A stretch of 62,587 nt of DNA, counting the filler, from Antechinus flavipes (Eukaryota), in NCBI RefSeq assembly GCF_016432865.1. It is 3 parts of 2 records of this genome, joined end to end, with 100 filler letters (N's around TTAATTAATTAA, not from the genome) between each part and the next. Parts side by side here need not be neighbours in the genome. Positions count along the whole stretch, not along the records: positions 1 to 31,028 come from NC_067399.1; positions 31,129 to 43,530 come from NC_067400.1; 1 more part is not named here. One strand, 5' to 3'. Under the pieces are notes generated by a model. That model saw only the letters and a program-made list of their open reading frames with translations, had not been told where the DNA came from and did not search any database. Each line of letters opens with the position of its first letter. Positions within the stretch are counted from its first letter, which is position 1. The position numbers and the translations under genes are program-made. Below are positions 22,101 to 33,624 of this stretch, in pieces.

Positions 22101-25100
22101 TTTGTTCATTGTAATGAAAACACTGGCATTAAACAGACTGAGAGACAAAGGAATTGGTGACATACAGTGGATAAAATTAAAATCTCCTACTTCCCTCTAC
22201 CTCCAGGTCAAAGATTATGAAAGAGTTTTCACTCCAGACTGACATCCTATACTTCTCCTCAATGTCTTTGCCAACCACTTTTTTGGGACAGAGGGAAGAA
22301 CATCTTTTGTGGGATGTCTGTCCAAAGCTCTGCTTGGGTGCTAGTTATACCTGCAGTACCTGATCTTGAAAGCGGTGACCATGATTTGTTAATGTACACA
22401 TGATGTTGAGGATGGGTCACATAGAGATCCTAATGACTGCAGTCACAGTCAATGGTATCTTGCAGTAAATTTCATACACAAATTTTGAAGGCTCTGAGCA
22501 TATAAAAGTATATGACTGAGTCTAAAGTTCCCTTCTATGATATTCAAGACCTGGGTTTATACATGCTCGTATAAATGCAAACATGCTTCCATTTGCTAAA
22601 GGCTATCACTGGAGAAGAAACTCTTAAATAATATTGGGGGGGGGAGGGGAGGAGTACAAACAGAAGCACAATTCAAGAATGTAGTAACTGCTTCTCCATT
22701 AGAATTGGCTCTTCCGCTGGCAAATATATACATGCACAACATCTTTTATGTCTGTACAATCTTTTAAATTGCTTTTTAACCCAACCTTGTCAAATTTATT
22801 ACCGGAAAACTAACAATGAAATTTCTTCACTTTCCCATGTAAAACAATAAAACAAAACAACAAGTGTTGTTTTATTTTTGCCTTAATAATGACAAAATGC
22901 ACAAAAATATTATCATCCAAATGATTATGGAATCAAGCAACTCTCACTTTTACCAATTTTTTCTGGAAAAATAAGTATCAACATCAATCTTTGTCATGTT
23001 AAGCAGTTCAATATGGGCAAAGATTGCCTCATTACTTTATCTTCTGTTTTCTATCCCCCCAGCATCACTTTTTTGTCCTTTCTTTTAGGGGTCAGTCCTC
23101 CACCTATTCAGAAAAGTCTGGGACTTAATAGTACAGGGTTCATGTAGAAGAGTTCTTTCCACTCTAGAGATGGAAAAGTTTTCAGGTTCTCTGTAATGAT
23201 GAGCTCCTTTAGTTCCCTCTTCCTTCTCTCTGCCTCTCAAAATACTAAAAGTTCATTATAATATAGGTCTGTTTTAACTGTGACTTTTGCTCTCCCTCCC
23301 CTTGCTGCTTTTACCCCAAACATCTCTGTTCCAATCAGGGCTTATATGTGATAGGTAAAAAGCAAACAGGAAAAAAATTTGCCTTTCTTCTTGCTCACAG
23401 CCCAAAGCATCCCTAGGGTAGGACAAATGGAGGATGTTGCCCAAGTTACTGTTCTTTTGCCCCATCCACACACTCTACCCAAGTGATTTTGTACCTGTGC
23501 CCAATTATAACTTTGTTTCTGGCTGAAGAGAAACAACGATTACTTTCCATAAAGCTGCCTGATACAAAATTAGGCAGGAGAACAGCTCATTATGCAACCT
23601 TTCAAGTTAAGAATCCTTGTTTTATTTTGACAGTAAGACACAAAGGTTGAAGTCTAATTATACTAAGTTATGTCAGTATACTGAAATATTCCTATCTTAT
23701 GGGTCAGGTGAATTTTCAGTATTATAAGCGCAGTTAGCTGTACTGAAGAATACTTGCTATTAAAAATAAGGCCATGTCCTTCACACCAATTTTTTAAAAA
23801 ACAGGATTTAGTCTATAAAAAAAAAGTGTGAATATTTTGCATATATTTAAATGCATTTAAAAAAAGAGAGAGAACAACATCTAGAACTCTCAGATATAGG
23901 CAAATGAATCATATTTCTTGCTGGTTCCAAGTGTATAGGGAAACAGGAGGCCCACCTCTATCAAATCCTTCTTCATTTTTGGCTTTCAGAATTATCAGTC
24001 ATAGGGCAAATACCTCTATGACATATACCCTCAAGCACAAACTAATATAGTCCAGCACAAATGAGATCCATGAAATAAAAAAAAAAAAAAAAACACAACT
24101 TTTTTTGACAATGGTGTTTTAATATAATTGATTCTCTGAAATCTTATGTAAACATAGACTGATTGATGTTTTGGGAGGCTGATAGAGAATTGGTTGGTTC
24201 TAAGGCACCATCTCTCCTCCTAGTTCCTAGTAAATCTTTCCCCATATTTCACTTCCAAGCCTGGAGAAATTTGGAATTCATCAAAAGCTTATGGAATAAG
24301 GAATCTCCTAAGTGTCGTCCTGTTTCCTTAGACTAACATGGCTCTGGAGAGGAACTCAGAATGGAAGATAAGGGAAGGAAGTTTTGGGGACTGATGTTGA
24401 GGAGGCAGTATTATTACATGAAGCACTCTATGCCCTTTACATTCATATTTTTTAAAAGCAATGATGATTCTAATGTGACTTAGAGTTATAGAATTTCTGT
24501 TTGAAGCACAATTATTAAAGCCTTGATTCTGCTTTTAAAAGAAGTCACAAACACGTGCAAAATAGGTGAGCTGGAATCATTAAAAGAAAGAAAAATCATA
24601 ATATTGATAAGCTCATGGAAGATGAATCCTAGATACATCTAGGGTAAAAGTTACTGATGACAAAACTAAAAGATATGACATTAATTAATTGGGAGTCTCA
24701 AATTTTGGGATGTGTTTTTCCCAAAACATTTCTTTCCTCTTTGAGCTATTTCCATTCATCTTAGAAGCATTAAGGATACATGTTAGGAAAGTTAATTTAT
24801 TTCAAATAAAAAATTTTTCTCAGATCAACCTGATCTGTTAATTTTAGATTAAAAAAAATAGTTCACCAGTGTTAATTCACTGCATTGATTTCAAATAACC
24901 ATTTGCTCAAAGAATTTCATAGCAAAACTAATTACTTTGGTCAAAACTCAAGGAAGTTGTTTATTGATGAAATGAAGAAGGATTTAAGTTTTGGCAACAT
25001 AGAAGCTTAGATGTTTTGAAATTTTCTTTTTTTTTTTTTTAAATTAAAGAAATAAGGCATTTATTATTGTCTCAGTGGGGCTCAAGAAGTTTGGAAGGGC

Positions 25101-26243
25101 CATTCCCTATGCCAGGATTCAAGGAGAGCCAAGAATACATACTACTGAGAGGCCCAGTAGAGATCACATTTTATAACATTGAGACCAAATAATTTCAGAT
25201 GTTGAGGAATGTTCAAAGTATTTCTATCTTATGCCATGTTTTTAAATTATGCTATTATGGACTATGTCACTTCTACGATCCAAATTCTTCATAATTTTTT
25301 TCTCTCTCCATTTTGTTTTGTTATCGGCAAACTGGATCCCTTTATATATAACATAGCTGTAATAAATTCTGAAGCTAACTCTGAAGAACAACCTTTCTTC
25401 TTTGAAAGGAAAGGGATCAAAATTATTTCAAAGAGACTCGTGTAAAAGGAAAAGAAAATTTCTAAAAAACTGAAATCCCCAACTGTCTTATAACAGAACA
25501 AGCAATTTGTCAGCCTCTGCTTGGTAACAGGGTTACTAATGGTAAACTATATCAGTCGAGGAAACTCACAGCCATTATTAACATTGCACTATTTTTATTA
25601 AACTTATTAGAGCTTAATCCTGATCCAGTCTATGTCTGAGCTTCTAAAATAATACGAAGATTCCCACTGAATTGTCATTGTATAGCCATAACATAATTCA
25701 CAGGGCAATTGGATGTTTTATTTTCTACTACCTGATGTTAAAAGTAATTAGGTGTTTTTGGTTAAGTTTTTATTCCCCCTTATATTCTGGTTGAAATTTT
25801 GAGACTGCAACATTCTGAAGATTAATCTGAAGAGCAAAAAAGCAATAAATTGAAATGGGAAAAATAAAGAAATTGTTTGTGTTTGGTGGCTATAATAATG
25901 ATCTTTATCATTTGGAATAAGAAAGTGCTAGTTGGATTAATCCCACTATCATTTTTGTCACTGAGGATACAATCCTGAGAATTTGCCAATGTGTAGATCT
26001 ATGAAATACAATCTCTTGAATCCTAAATTCTTGAGGAAGTTCTAATAATTACGTGATTTTTGTCTATAATAAAAATCTTGCAACACTGATACAGTTCCCA
26101 AACACAACCCAAATAAATGGAATCTTTCATATTTCTACAACATAATATAAGAATGAGAGTCTGAAGTCTTCTAAATATCCTTGTGACCTTAAAACACTCC
26201 TCCCTGTTGCCTTATAGACTATATTATGAACCCCCGGAGACAG

Positions 26244-26328
26244 GGCAGGACACTGTAGGAATATGTTTGATATATAGTTGGATTAAATAACAACCTAATA
26301 TATCAAACATATCACACAGAGGCCTGCA
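26244..26328 (-). ncRNA. MIR190A: miR-190a precursor hairpin, intronic in TLN2
   Basis: 5p arm UGAUAUGUUUGAUAUAUUAGGU at 26314-26293 and 3p arm CUAUAUAUCAAACAUAUUCCU at 26277-26257; same strand as the host; TLN2 is the established host gene. Confidence 0.97.
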
Positions 26329-27918
26329 GAAAAGGCATCCAGGTTTGATTGAGCTTGAAAATGGACACAGAATTGAAGACTATGACAGCAGGGAATGATC
26401 ATCAGCTACTAGAGACGCAACTTCTTTACCTGTCTGTGGAGGCATAAGCCTATCTGTGAGTATGGAAATAGCACCATTAGCAATATGGCACATGCATAAG
26501 CTCTCTAACATTTTTATTCGATCATCATACCACATTTCCAATCAAAAAGTTAATGCAGCAAGGTGGATTTTGTTTATTGATTTTTTTTGTTCTTCTTCTG
26601 AAGATCCAATGTAAAAAAGGATGCTTAAATTTTAAGAATCTGAGCTGGGAGTGTTCCAGGTATCATCTTCACAAGTTAAAGACCATTACATTCTAAAAAT
26701 AGGCATTATGAGCATATGGCATGTAGAGTAATTTCATCAACATCACCTTCCTGAAGGTGGTTCATAAAAAAACAAAGGAAATGTCCAACTATATACATTA
26801 CAATCACTAGTACCCATCAAAAGTTCAGGACCTGCTATGATAGATCAAACACATTTTCCTATAAACAGTGAAAATGAATATTAATCTTATACTATGTGTG
26901 AATATTTCTTTTCCTAAAGGTAGAAACATTACAACAGCTGATTTAAAAAAAATTAAAATATTTCTGAAAAAGTTTAAATTTTAAAAAAAAAGGATTAAAA
27001 AGAGAAGATGAGTAGAGTTGAAAGAAACAAGGGGAGACAAAAATGTTATTTTATATAGATGGTAGTGAAAAAAGCAAAGAAAACAGATGTTTCTCTAAAA
27101 CAGATTAGATTATTAAGGTTGGATATCTAGTTTCTCAAAAATGATTAGTCATATAAGACATGTGAAAGGCTCTAAATCAAAAAGTTTTTACTTAGAAAAC
27201 AGAGACTGGCTTTGGATTACTGAAAATATAGCTAGCCCTGAATAACAATATTTTCTTCTTATTGGGGGATCACATGTAAAATATATAGCATAAGAGTAAA
27301 GACTCACATCAATCACTTAATTATGACTTTCACTCTTGTTAAATCATTTTGTTGTTTGGTATGGAAATCATTACATTAAATATGACATCTGTAGCAACAT
27401 ATGCAAAGAAAATAAGGGATAGAGGTCTGCGCTACAATTTTGAGAAGCTTCTTAATTTGGTAACCAAAGATACTAAATTTTCTCAATCATGATAACTCAG
27501 ACTCCCTCATACACTAAATGGGAATTTCCCAAGACACCTATGAAGTAACTTACACTTTTAACAGTTTTCTTGTGGATCGAAAGGAGAAAAATCTCCATCT
27601 GTCATAACTTGTCATCTTTTATAACTTACATTTTCTAGATTTGCTTTTTCTTCTTCTAAAATAAGTCTAAAATAATGAGACCTTTAGGAACTTTGGTCCA
27701 CTGCTATTACTAAATATAGCAAAAAAATAAAAATATAACTGGACATATAAGGGGAAGAGCATAATACAACTGTAGTCACACTGAATTGCTATTTCCTTCA
27801 GCCACTTACTGGTCAACTGGATTCTTCCAGAGGCTGAACGGACATTGGCAACAGTCTCTAGAAACTTTCCTGATGGCCTGGTAAGATGGGCAATTATCTG
27901 GCTTGTTTTGTGGACGTT

Positions 27919-27978
27919 GTCCCACCCAGTCAAGATGAATTCCAATTGGTCCCACCCTGTCAAGGTCAATTCCAATTG
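27919..27978. repeat. 30-bp tandem duplication
   Basis: gtcccacccagtcaagatgaattccaattg followed by gtcccaccctgtcaaggtcaattccaattg. Confidence 0.85.
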
Positions 27979-29798
27979 GCTAGAACTATGTTCTTACTGG
28001 CACCATGGGGAGCTCATAATAGAGCCTCAAATGCCATGGTTTTCAACTCAAAGATCTCATTCTCCCTAAATCAAGTGAAATGACAGGTCAGGTGAATATC
28101 AATTAGATAGAGAGAAACAAATTCAGAACCAAAAAAGAACTAAGGACAACTCTTTATAAGGAAAAAAAAAAAAAAAAAAAACCAACCCAGAAAAAACAGA
28201 GCAGAATATTTAAGATTTATAAAATGATTTTTTTTTTTTAAAACCAGGCACACTTCTTTCCCCAAGGAATCAAAATGTCCATGGAAGTGGATTAGATGTT
28301 AACAGTGATTTTTTAAGAGTTATTAGGCAGGTTCCCTCATGATTATATATAGGAAAAAGTCAGGGAAGGAAGAAGAGGGGTCAATGAAGGATGATTTATT
28401 CTAAACTCAAGATTAATAACTTTCCACATTAACCTTTTATTTATGAAGAAATTGATAATTTTCAAGAAACTAGAAAACAAAGCAGACTTTTTCTTATGTA
28501 CTTTGCTGTCTGAATTTGAAAGAGAAATTATAACTTTTCCCCATCCATCTCCCAATCTCTTTGGGAGATATGATTTCATGACAAACTGAAGAAACTAAAA
28601 TCCTATATTAGCATATTAGTAAAATATTTACAATTCTTTTGAAGGTTACCTTTAGGCTAGGAAGACAGTTGTTTGGTTTAAAAGAACTACAAAAAACCTG
28701 ACTGTTCAAGGAAATAATCTCAATAAATTCATCAAATGGTGGCATATGTTTGTGTACTACTCTGGTCATTTATTTTTTCCTTGAGTCAGTTGTAACATTT
28801 TGTACTCAAATATTCCATGAAAGGGTAGAGAGACCGTGTAAGAGTTGAGAGTTTATTCTTGAACCACTCAGGGTTGATTCCTCAACTTTTCTGTGGGGAA
28901 GAAGCTAATTATTATTTCTTGGAGGTCTCACAGTGAAGGAAGTTAAAAGTATTGAGAGTGAGGACTCTCAATTGAATATGTTAAACTGAAATGTTTTTAA
29001 AACCAGGTACTAATAAACTAATAAAAATAAACCACCATGGAGGTAGATTTGAATTAGTAACATGTTCTTTGCTGGACTTGTCCAGTAGGTGGGAGGTAGT
29101 GGTTATTACTTTATGAAAGAATTAAGTGAAATCAATTAATGAATTGAAGACAATATATGTAATCTATACATCCACGTAACTTTTCAACTTTAGATCTTCT
29201 TTCTCGCTATAGTCCTTTTTGAATGAAAGTAGTTCACTTGTGAACTAGGTCTTCGATCTCTTTTCCCTCTCCTGTTCCCATCTCTCTCATACTCACAAAA
29301 TATGCGACCTTAAATTTTGATGTCTATTGATGAGCAAAAACAGAACAGGAAAAACTTCAAACTTTAATCTCTTAATTTCTCCTTTGTGGAAGAAGACATT
29401 TACAAATGACTCATTTAGAAGAAGGGCTCTCTAGATTAAACTTAAAGGTAGATTTTCAGCACTGTTTAGTTTCCCTCTATAGTGATGTTTTTTTCAGGGC
29501 CTTACTTTCCTTCTATAAAAAACTCATGAAAATTTTGAAATGGTATCTTCTGACCTTTCCTTTTGTAGCAGGTACTTCCTAAGAAGGCATTCTGCAAATA
29601 CATCTACGTATGAGATAGAAGTAATTCTATATTATGAAAAGGTTAGTGATAGATTCATAGTCTTGACGACACAGAAATAGGCAAACCAGACTTCTCAGTA
29701 GCACACCTGTCCTCCCTGTTCCTCTCCCACCTCCCCATTTCCGGAATCATGAAGTCATTGTTTTGATGTCACAAAAGCAACAGTGGATAGACACTCAC

Positions 29799-29923
29799 TT
29801 TTGGTTTAGCTCTTGGCTTCAGTTGCTCGAGCTTCTTAGCTGCAGCCTCAATTGATGCTGCAGCCCCCAGTAATTCAGTTTCAGCAATGACTGTCGGGTC
29901 TTCCGGATCCACCCACTCTGTAC
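29799..29923 (-). CDS. TLN2: Talin-2 exon: (G)TEWVDPEDPTVIAETELLGAAASIEAAAKKLEQLKPRAKPK; upstream exons lie beyond the contig end
   Basis: ctcatttcag acceptor, AAA|GTGAGT donor, 125 nt, phase 1-0. Confidence 0.97.
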
Positions 29924-31028
29924 CTGAAATGAGTCCAAAACACCATCATTTTTGGTAGTCAAGGTTCTTGCTCTACTGCTGAGACTCAACACAAACATCC
30001 GGAAACATGAGGGAGTGTGATGTGGAAGAACTCTGATGGTCTCCCTGAAAGTGAATTTAGTTTCTTCTCATCTCATTTAATGCCTCTAATTTCTAAAAGA
30101 GAGCATTTAGTTACACAGACATTTTGGGCAAACCTTTGTTTTTGATATCACCTGTTGTACAGCAAGGGGCAATCATCAGTCGGAACTTTGGCAAGTAAGT
30201 TCACACAAACCACAACTGTCTTTTTGTGGAATCCTACTACTGCCTCCAGCTGAAAGTTTTAGCAAGTCCAGATTCCTCAACACTGAAATGAAATTGCCCC
30301 GGAATGATGGCAACAGGGGTCTAGGAATTCTTTACAGCCATCTTCCTCAGTAATGCCTGGGATGAAACTTTGATCTATAGCACATAAAGTTAGATTGAAA
30401 GTTATCAAGTACAGAGAAGTTGGCTGCAAAAGCAGCACTCAGAATTAATTAAGTTGGCTGGCATATTTTTTGGTAATTTTGGTCTTTGAAGACAATGTTG
30501 CAGAGTAGATGGAAAACTGGCCCAGAAGCCAGGAAGACTTAAATCTTACTACTGACACATACTAGCTGGGGAACTCAAATTTAGCCTCAGAATCTTTCTA
30601 CATATGTGATTCTGGCAAGTCACTTAAGCTGCTTGCTCCAGCTTCCTCAATTATAAAATGGGCATTATGAGGAGAAATAGGAATAACAGTATCTATTTCC
30701 CAGGACTGTTGTAAGGATCAAAGGAGACAATAATTTGTAAAGTACTTAATATAGTACTTAGAATATAGCAGGTGTTTAATAAATGCTTTTTTCCACTCTC
30801 CTTTCCTTTAGATAAACTCTCTATGATGACAAATTGCAGAGAAATGGCAATGGTGCAATAGTAGAAGGAAGATTGTTATCTGGTAGTTTCCTACACAATG
30901 AATTCACAAGTCCATTGCCTCCTTTCATTACTTTGGATGACAACATATAAAATAAATGACAGAATCATTGGAAAGGGAGTTTAAAATTGGCTCTTTTTTA
31001 CAAAAAAAGATACATGCAATACAGAGGG

Positions 31029-31128
31029 NNNNNNNNNNNNNNNNNNNNNNNNNNNNNNNNNNNNNNNNNNNNTTAATTAATTAANNNNNNNNNNNNNNNN
31101 NNNNNNNNNNNNNNNNNNNNNNNNNNNN
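31029..31128. other. Artificial contig spacer (44 N + TTAATTAATTAA + 44 N)
   Basis: Palindromic 12-mer with stops in all six frames centred in a 100-bp N run; identical to the second spacer. Confidence 0.95.
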
Positions 31129-31499
31129 AAGCTGGCTGGGAGGACAATACCAGACAGAAGGTAGAGCTGCTCCATTTTCATTGTTTCTGTTTAGCCCTCA
31201 AAGAACATGGACTCCTGTACTGGACATGGGAGAACACGAGACTGACAGATTTGCTCCCTAAAATAACAAGATAACAGCGCTCTATTACTTAGCCCATTAA
31301 CATATGCAAACACTCAGACAAATATTGTCTCATTTGATCCTCACATTAACCCTTATCGTCTCCATTTTGCAGATAAAAAAACTGAGGCGGATAGAGGTTA
31401 AGCGACTTTCTGGATTTGAATTCAGGTCTTCCCGACCTCAGCCTGATGCTCTACTACCTTGCCGATCTAGATGAGCTCTCCTCCCCTTGCCCAGATGGA

Positions 31500-32560
31500 C
31501 TATGGGTCCTGAAAGAATTGCCAATGTCAGTGATAGCCGAAAGATAATGGAAAGCAACACTGGAGAAAAGCAAACATCGTCCTGACTATAGACAAAGAGA
31601 AGAGAACCGTTTGTAAACTCTAAGTCCGAAAGCTTTACTTCCAGTCCTGAAGTAATTTCTGGAACAGATCAGTGAAGAAGCTGGCGATGACCTAGAAAAG
31701 GAAGTGATGGTTCCAAAGAGCCAGTCTGACTTCATCCAGCAAGGTTATCCTAGACCAATCTCATCGCTTTTTTTGACAAGATTACTAAGCTAGTTGTTAT
31801 TGAGCCATTTGGTATTTGTATCTGACTCCTTGTGATCCCCTTTGGCGTTGTTTTGGCAGAGATAATAGATTGGTTTGGCCTTTTCCTTCTCCAGCTCATT
31901 TTACAGATGAGGAAACTGAGACAAAGAGGGTAAAGCGACTTACCCAGGCTCACACAGCTACAAGTGTCCGAGACCAGATTTGAACTCAGGGAGATGAGTC
32001 CTCCCGACTCCAGGCCCAGTACTCTATTGTTCCACTTACTTGCCCTAACCTAGTAGTGAGAGAATGCTGTAGATAAGAGTTTCCCTGGATTTCTGTGATT
32101 TTGGGTAATTTGATCATTTATCTTATATTTATTTAATTATCTTATAATTAATATAATTAATTAATAAGATAATAATCTTATATTCTTCTTGTGTAGAAGA
32201 CAGAACAATTCAGATCAGGGGATGGATAATAGAATTAGGTTGATTCAGGTAGTCAGACTCAAAGAGTAGCCATTATTGGTTGAGAGTTAATGTGGCAGGA
32301 AGGTCTCCACTGAAGGGTCCAGGAATCTTCACTTGGTTGAGTAGTTTAGTCACTGATTTGAATAAAGGAACAAAGGCACCAATGGCATGGTAATCACATT
32401 TGCACATGCCACAGAGCTGTCAAGGAAAACTAATGTACCTGAGGAAAAAGATCACCTTCCAGATCGGAAGGAGTTTGGTTAGCTAGTAATTGCTCTGAAA
32501 AAGATCCGAGGGCTGTAGTGGACCACAAGCACAATTCACCCAGTAGCAAGGGGAACCAAA
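31500..32560 (+). mobile_element. L3/CR1 LINE ORF2 remnants split by SINE insertions (about 31500-31800 and 32320-32560)
   Basis: Degenerate CR1 reverse-transcriptase motifs: WRKANIV-like, caaagagccagtctgacttcatc...gaccaatctcatcgcttttttgacaagattactaagctagttg, and an IxFADDTxL-like segment. Confidence 0.65.
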
Positions 32561-32574
32561 AAAAAGATCAAAAA

Positions 32575-33060
32575 CATTTTTTTTTATTAAAGCTTTTTTA
32601 TTTTCAAAACATACATGGATGATTTTCAACCTTCGTCCTTGCCAAACCTTGTTTTCCAAATTTTCCCTCGCTTCTTCTCACACCCTTTCTTAGATGGCAA
32701 ACAAGCCGATCGACATTAAACACGTGCAATTCTCCTCTACACATCTCCACAATTTTCTTGTTTCACAAGAAAAATCAGATCAAAAAGGGGGAAAATGAGA
32801 AAGGAAAAAAAGCAAGTGAACAACAAAAAGAGTGAGAATGCGATATCGCGGTCCACACTCAGTTCCCACAATCCTCTCTCTGGGAGCAGAAGGCTTTCTC
32901 GATCACAGGACCATTGGAACCGGCCTGAATCACCTGCATGTTGAAAAGAGCCTCGTCCATCAGGATTGATCTTCCTTTAATCTTGTTGTTGCCGGTCCAT
33001 AGACTTTTTTGAGGGAGCGGTGAGGGGGCCTTCATCCTTCTCCAGGTCCCTCTCCTGCCT
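32575..33060 (-). mobile_element. LINE-1 3' UTR remnant
   Basis: Reverse-complement marsupial L1 3' end (ttttcaaaacatacatgg...gaaaaatcagatcaaaaagg...cagtccccaca-like). Confidence 0.7.
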
Positions 33061-33608
33061 CTCCAAACTTCTTTCTCCATCATGTCCCCCTCACAACGGG
33101 GTCACGTGGCTAGACTCCCAGTCTTCCATGTCTCCCAGCTCCTTCCTCCTCCCCTTTCTGCCTTTCCAGTTCCTTAACTGTCCCCGGTATCTTAGTTTTG
33201 GACTCAGTCTTTCCATCCATAAAATAAGATCATTTTTAAGTATTGTCCCCAATACTGGCCCATCTCTCAAGGCAGCCATGTCGAGAATTAGAGTGCTGCA
33301 CCTGGAATCAGTCCAAATGCAGACTCGGATCTTTCCGGTTGTGTGACCCTACGCAAGTCATTTAACCTGTCTACTTAGTTTCCACAACTGTAAAAGGGAA
33401 ATAATAGATCTTACTCAACTAGGGTGGTTGTGAGCATTAAATAATATTTGCAAAGCATTCAGCAGCACAGTACCTGGCACATAGTAGGTACTTAATAAAT
33501 ACTTATTCCCTCCCCCCCCAGATGAGAATGTTGATAATATTAATAGCACCCATTTGTGCAGCATTTGGTAGCTTGCAAAGCACTTCCTGGACATTAATTC
33601 TCGCAGCA

Positions 33609-33624
33609 CCTCCAGATGGCACTA
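33609..33624 (+). promoter_or_regulatory. Candidate CTCF site
   Basis: CCTCCAGATGGCACTA, close to the CCACCAG(G/A)(G/T)GGC(G/A)CTA consensus; motif match only. Confidence 0.35.

Noticed and set aside
19110-29798. Possible endogenous viral element or nested gene in the long TLN2 intron
   Set aside because: Only short ORFs and no viral or protein motif I recognise; a TBLASTX search would be needed to exclude highly decayed remnants
13066-29923. Talin fragments as a processed pseudogene
   Set aside because: All six pieces have canonical splice sites, compatible phases and no disablements; this is the intron-containing gene
31029-31128. Marsupial-specific TLN2-ZNF628 linkage
   Set aside because: The join is an artificial spacer
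33091-33279. ORF MAALRDGPVLG... as ISOC2
   Set aside because: No isochorismatase motifs (LFLCDMQEKF); abuts a MIR-type SINE
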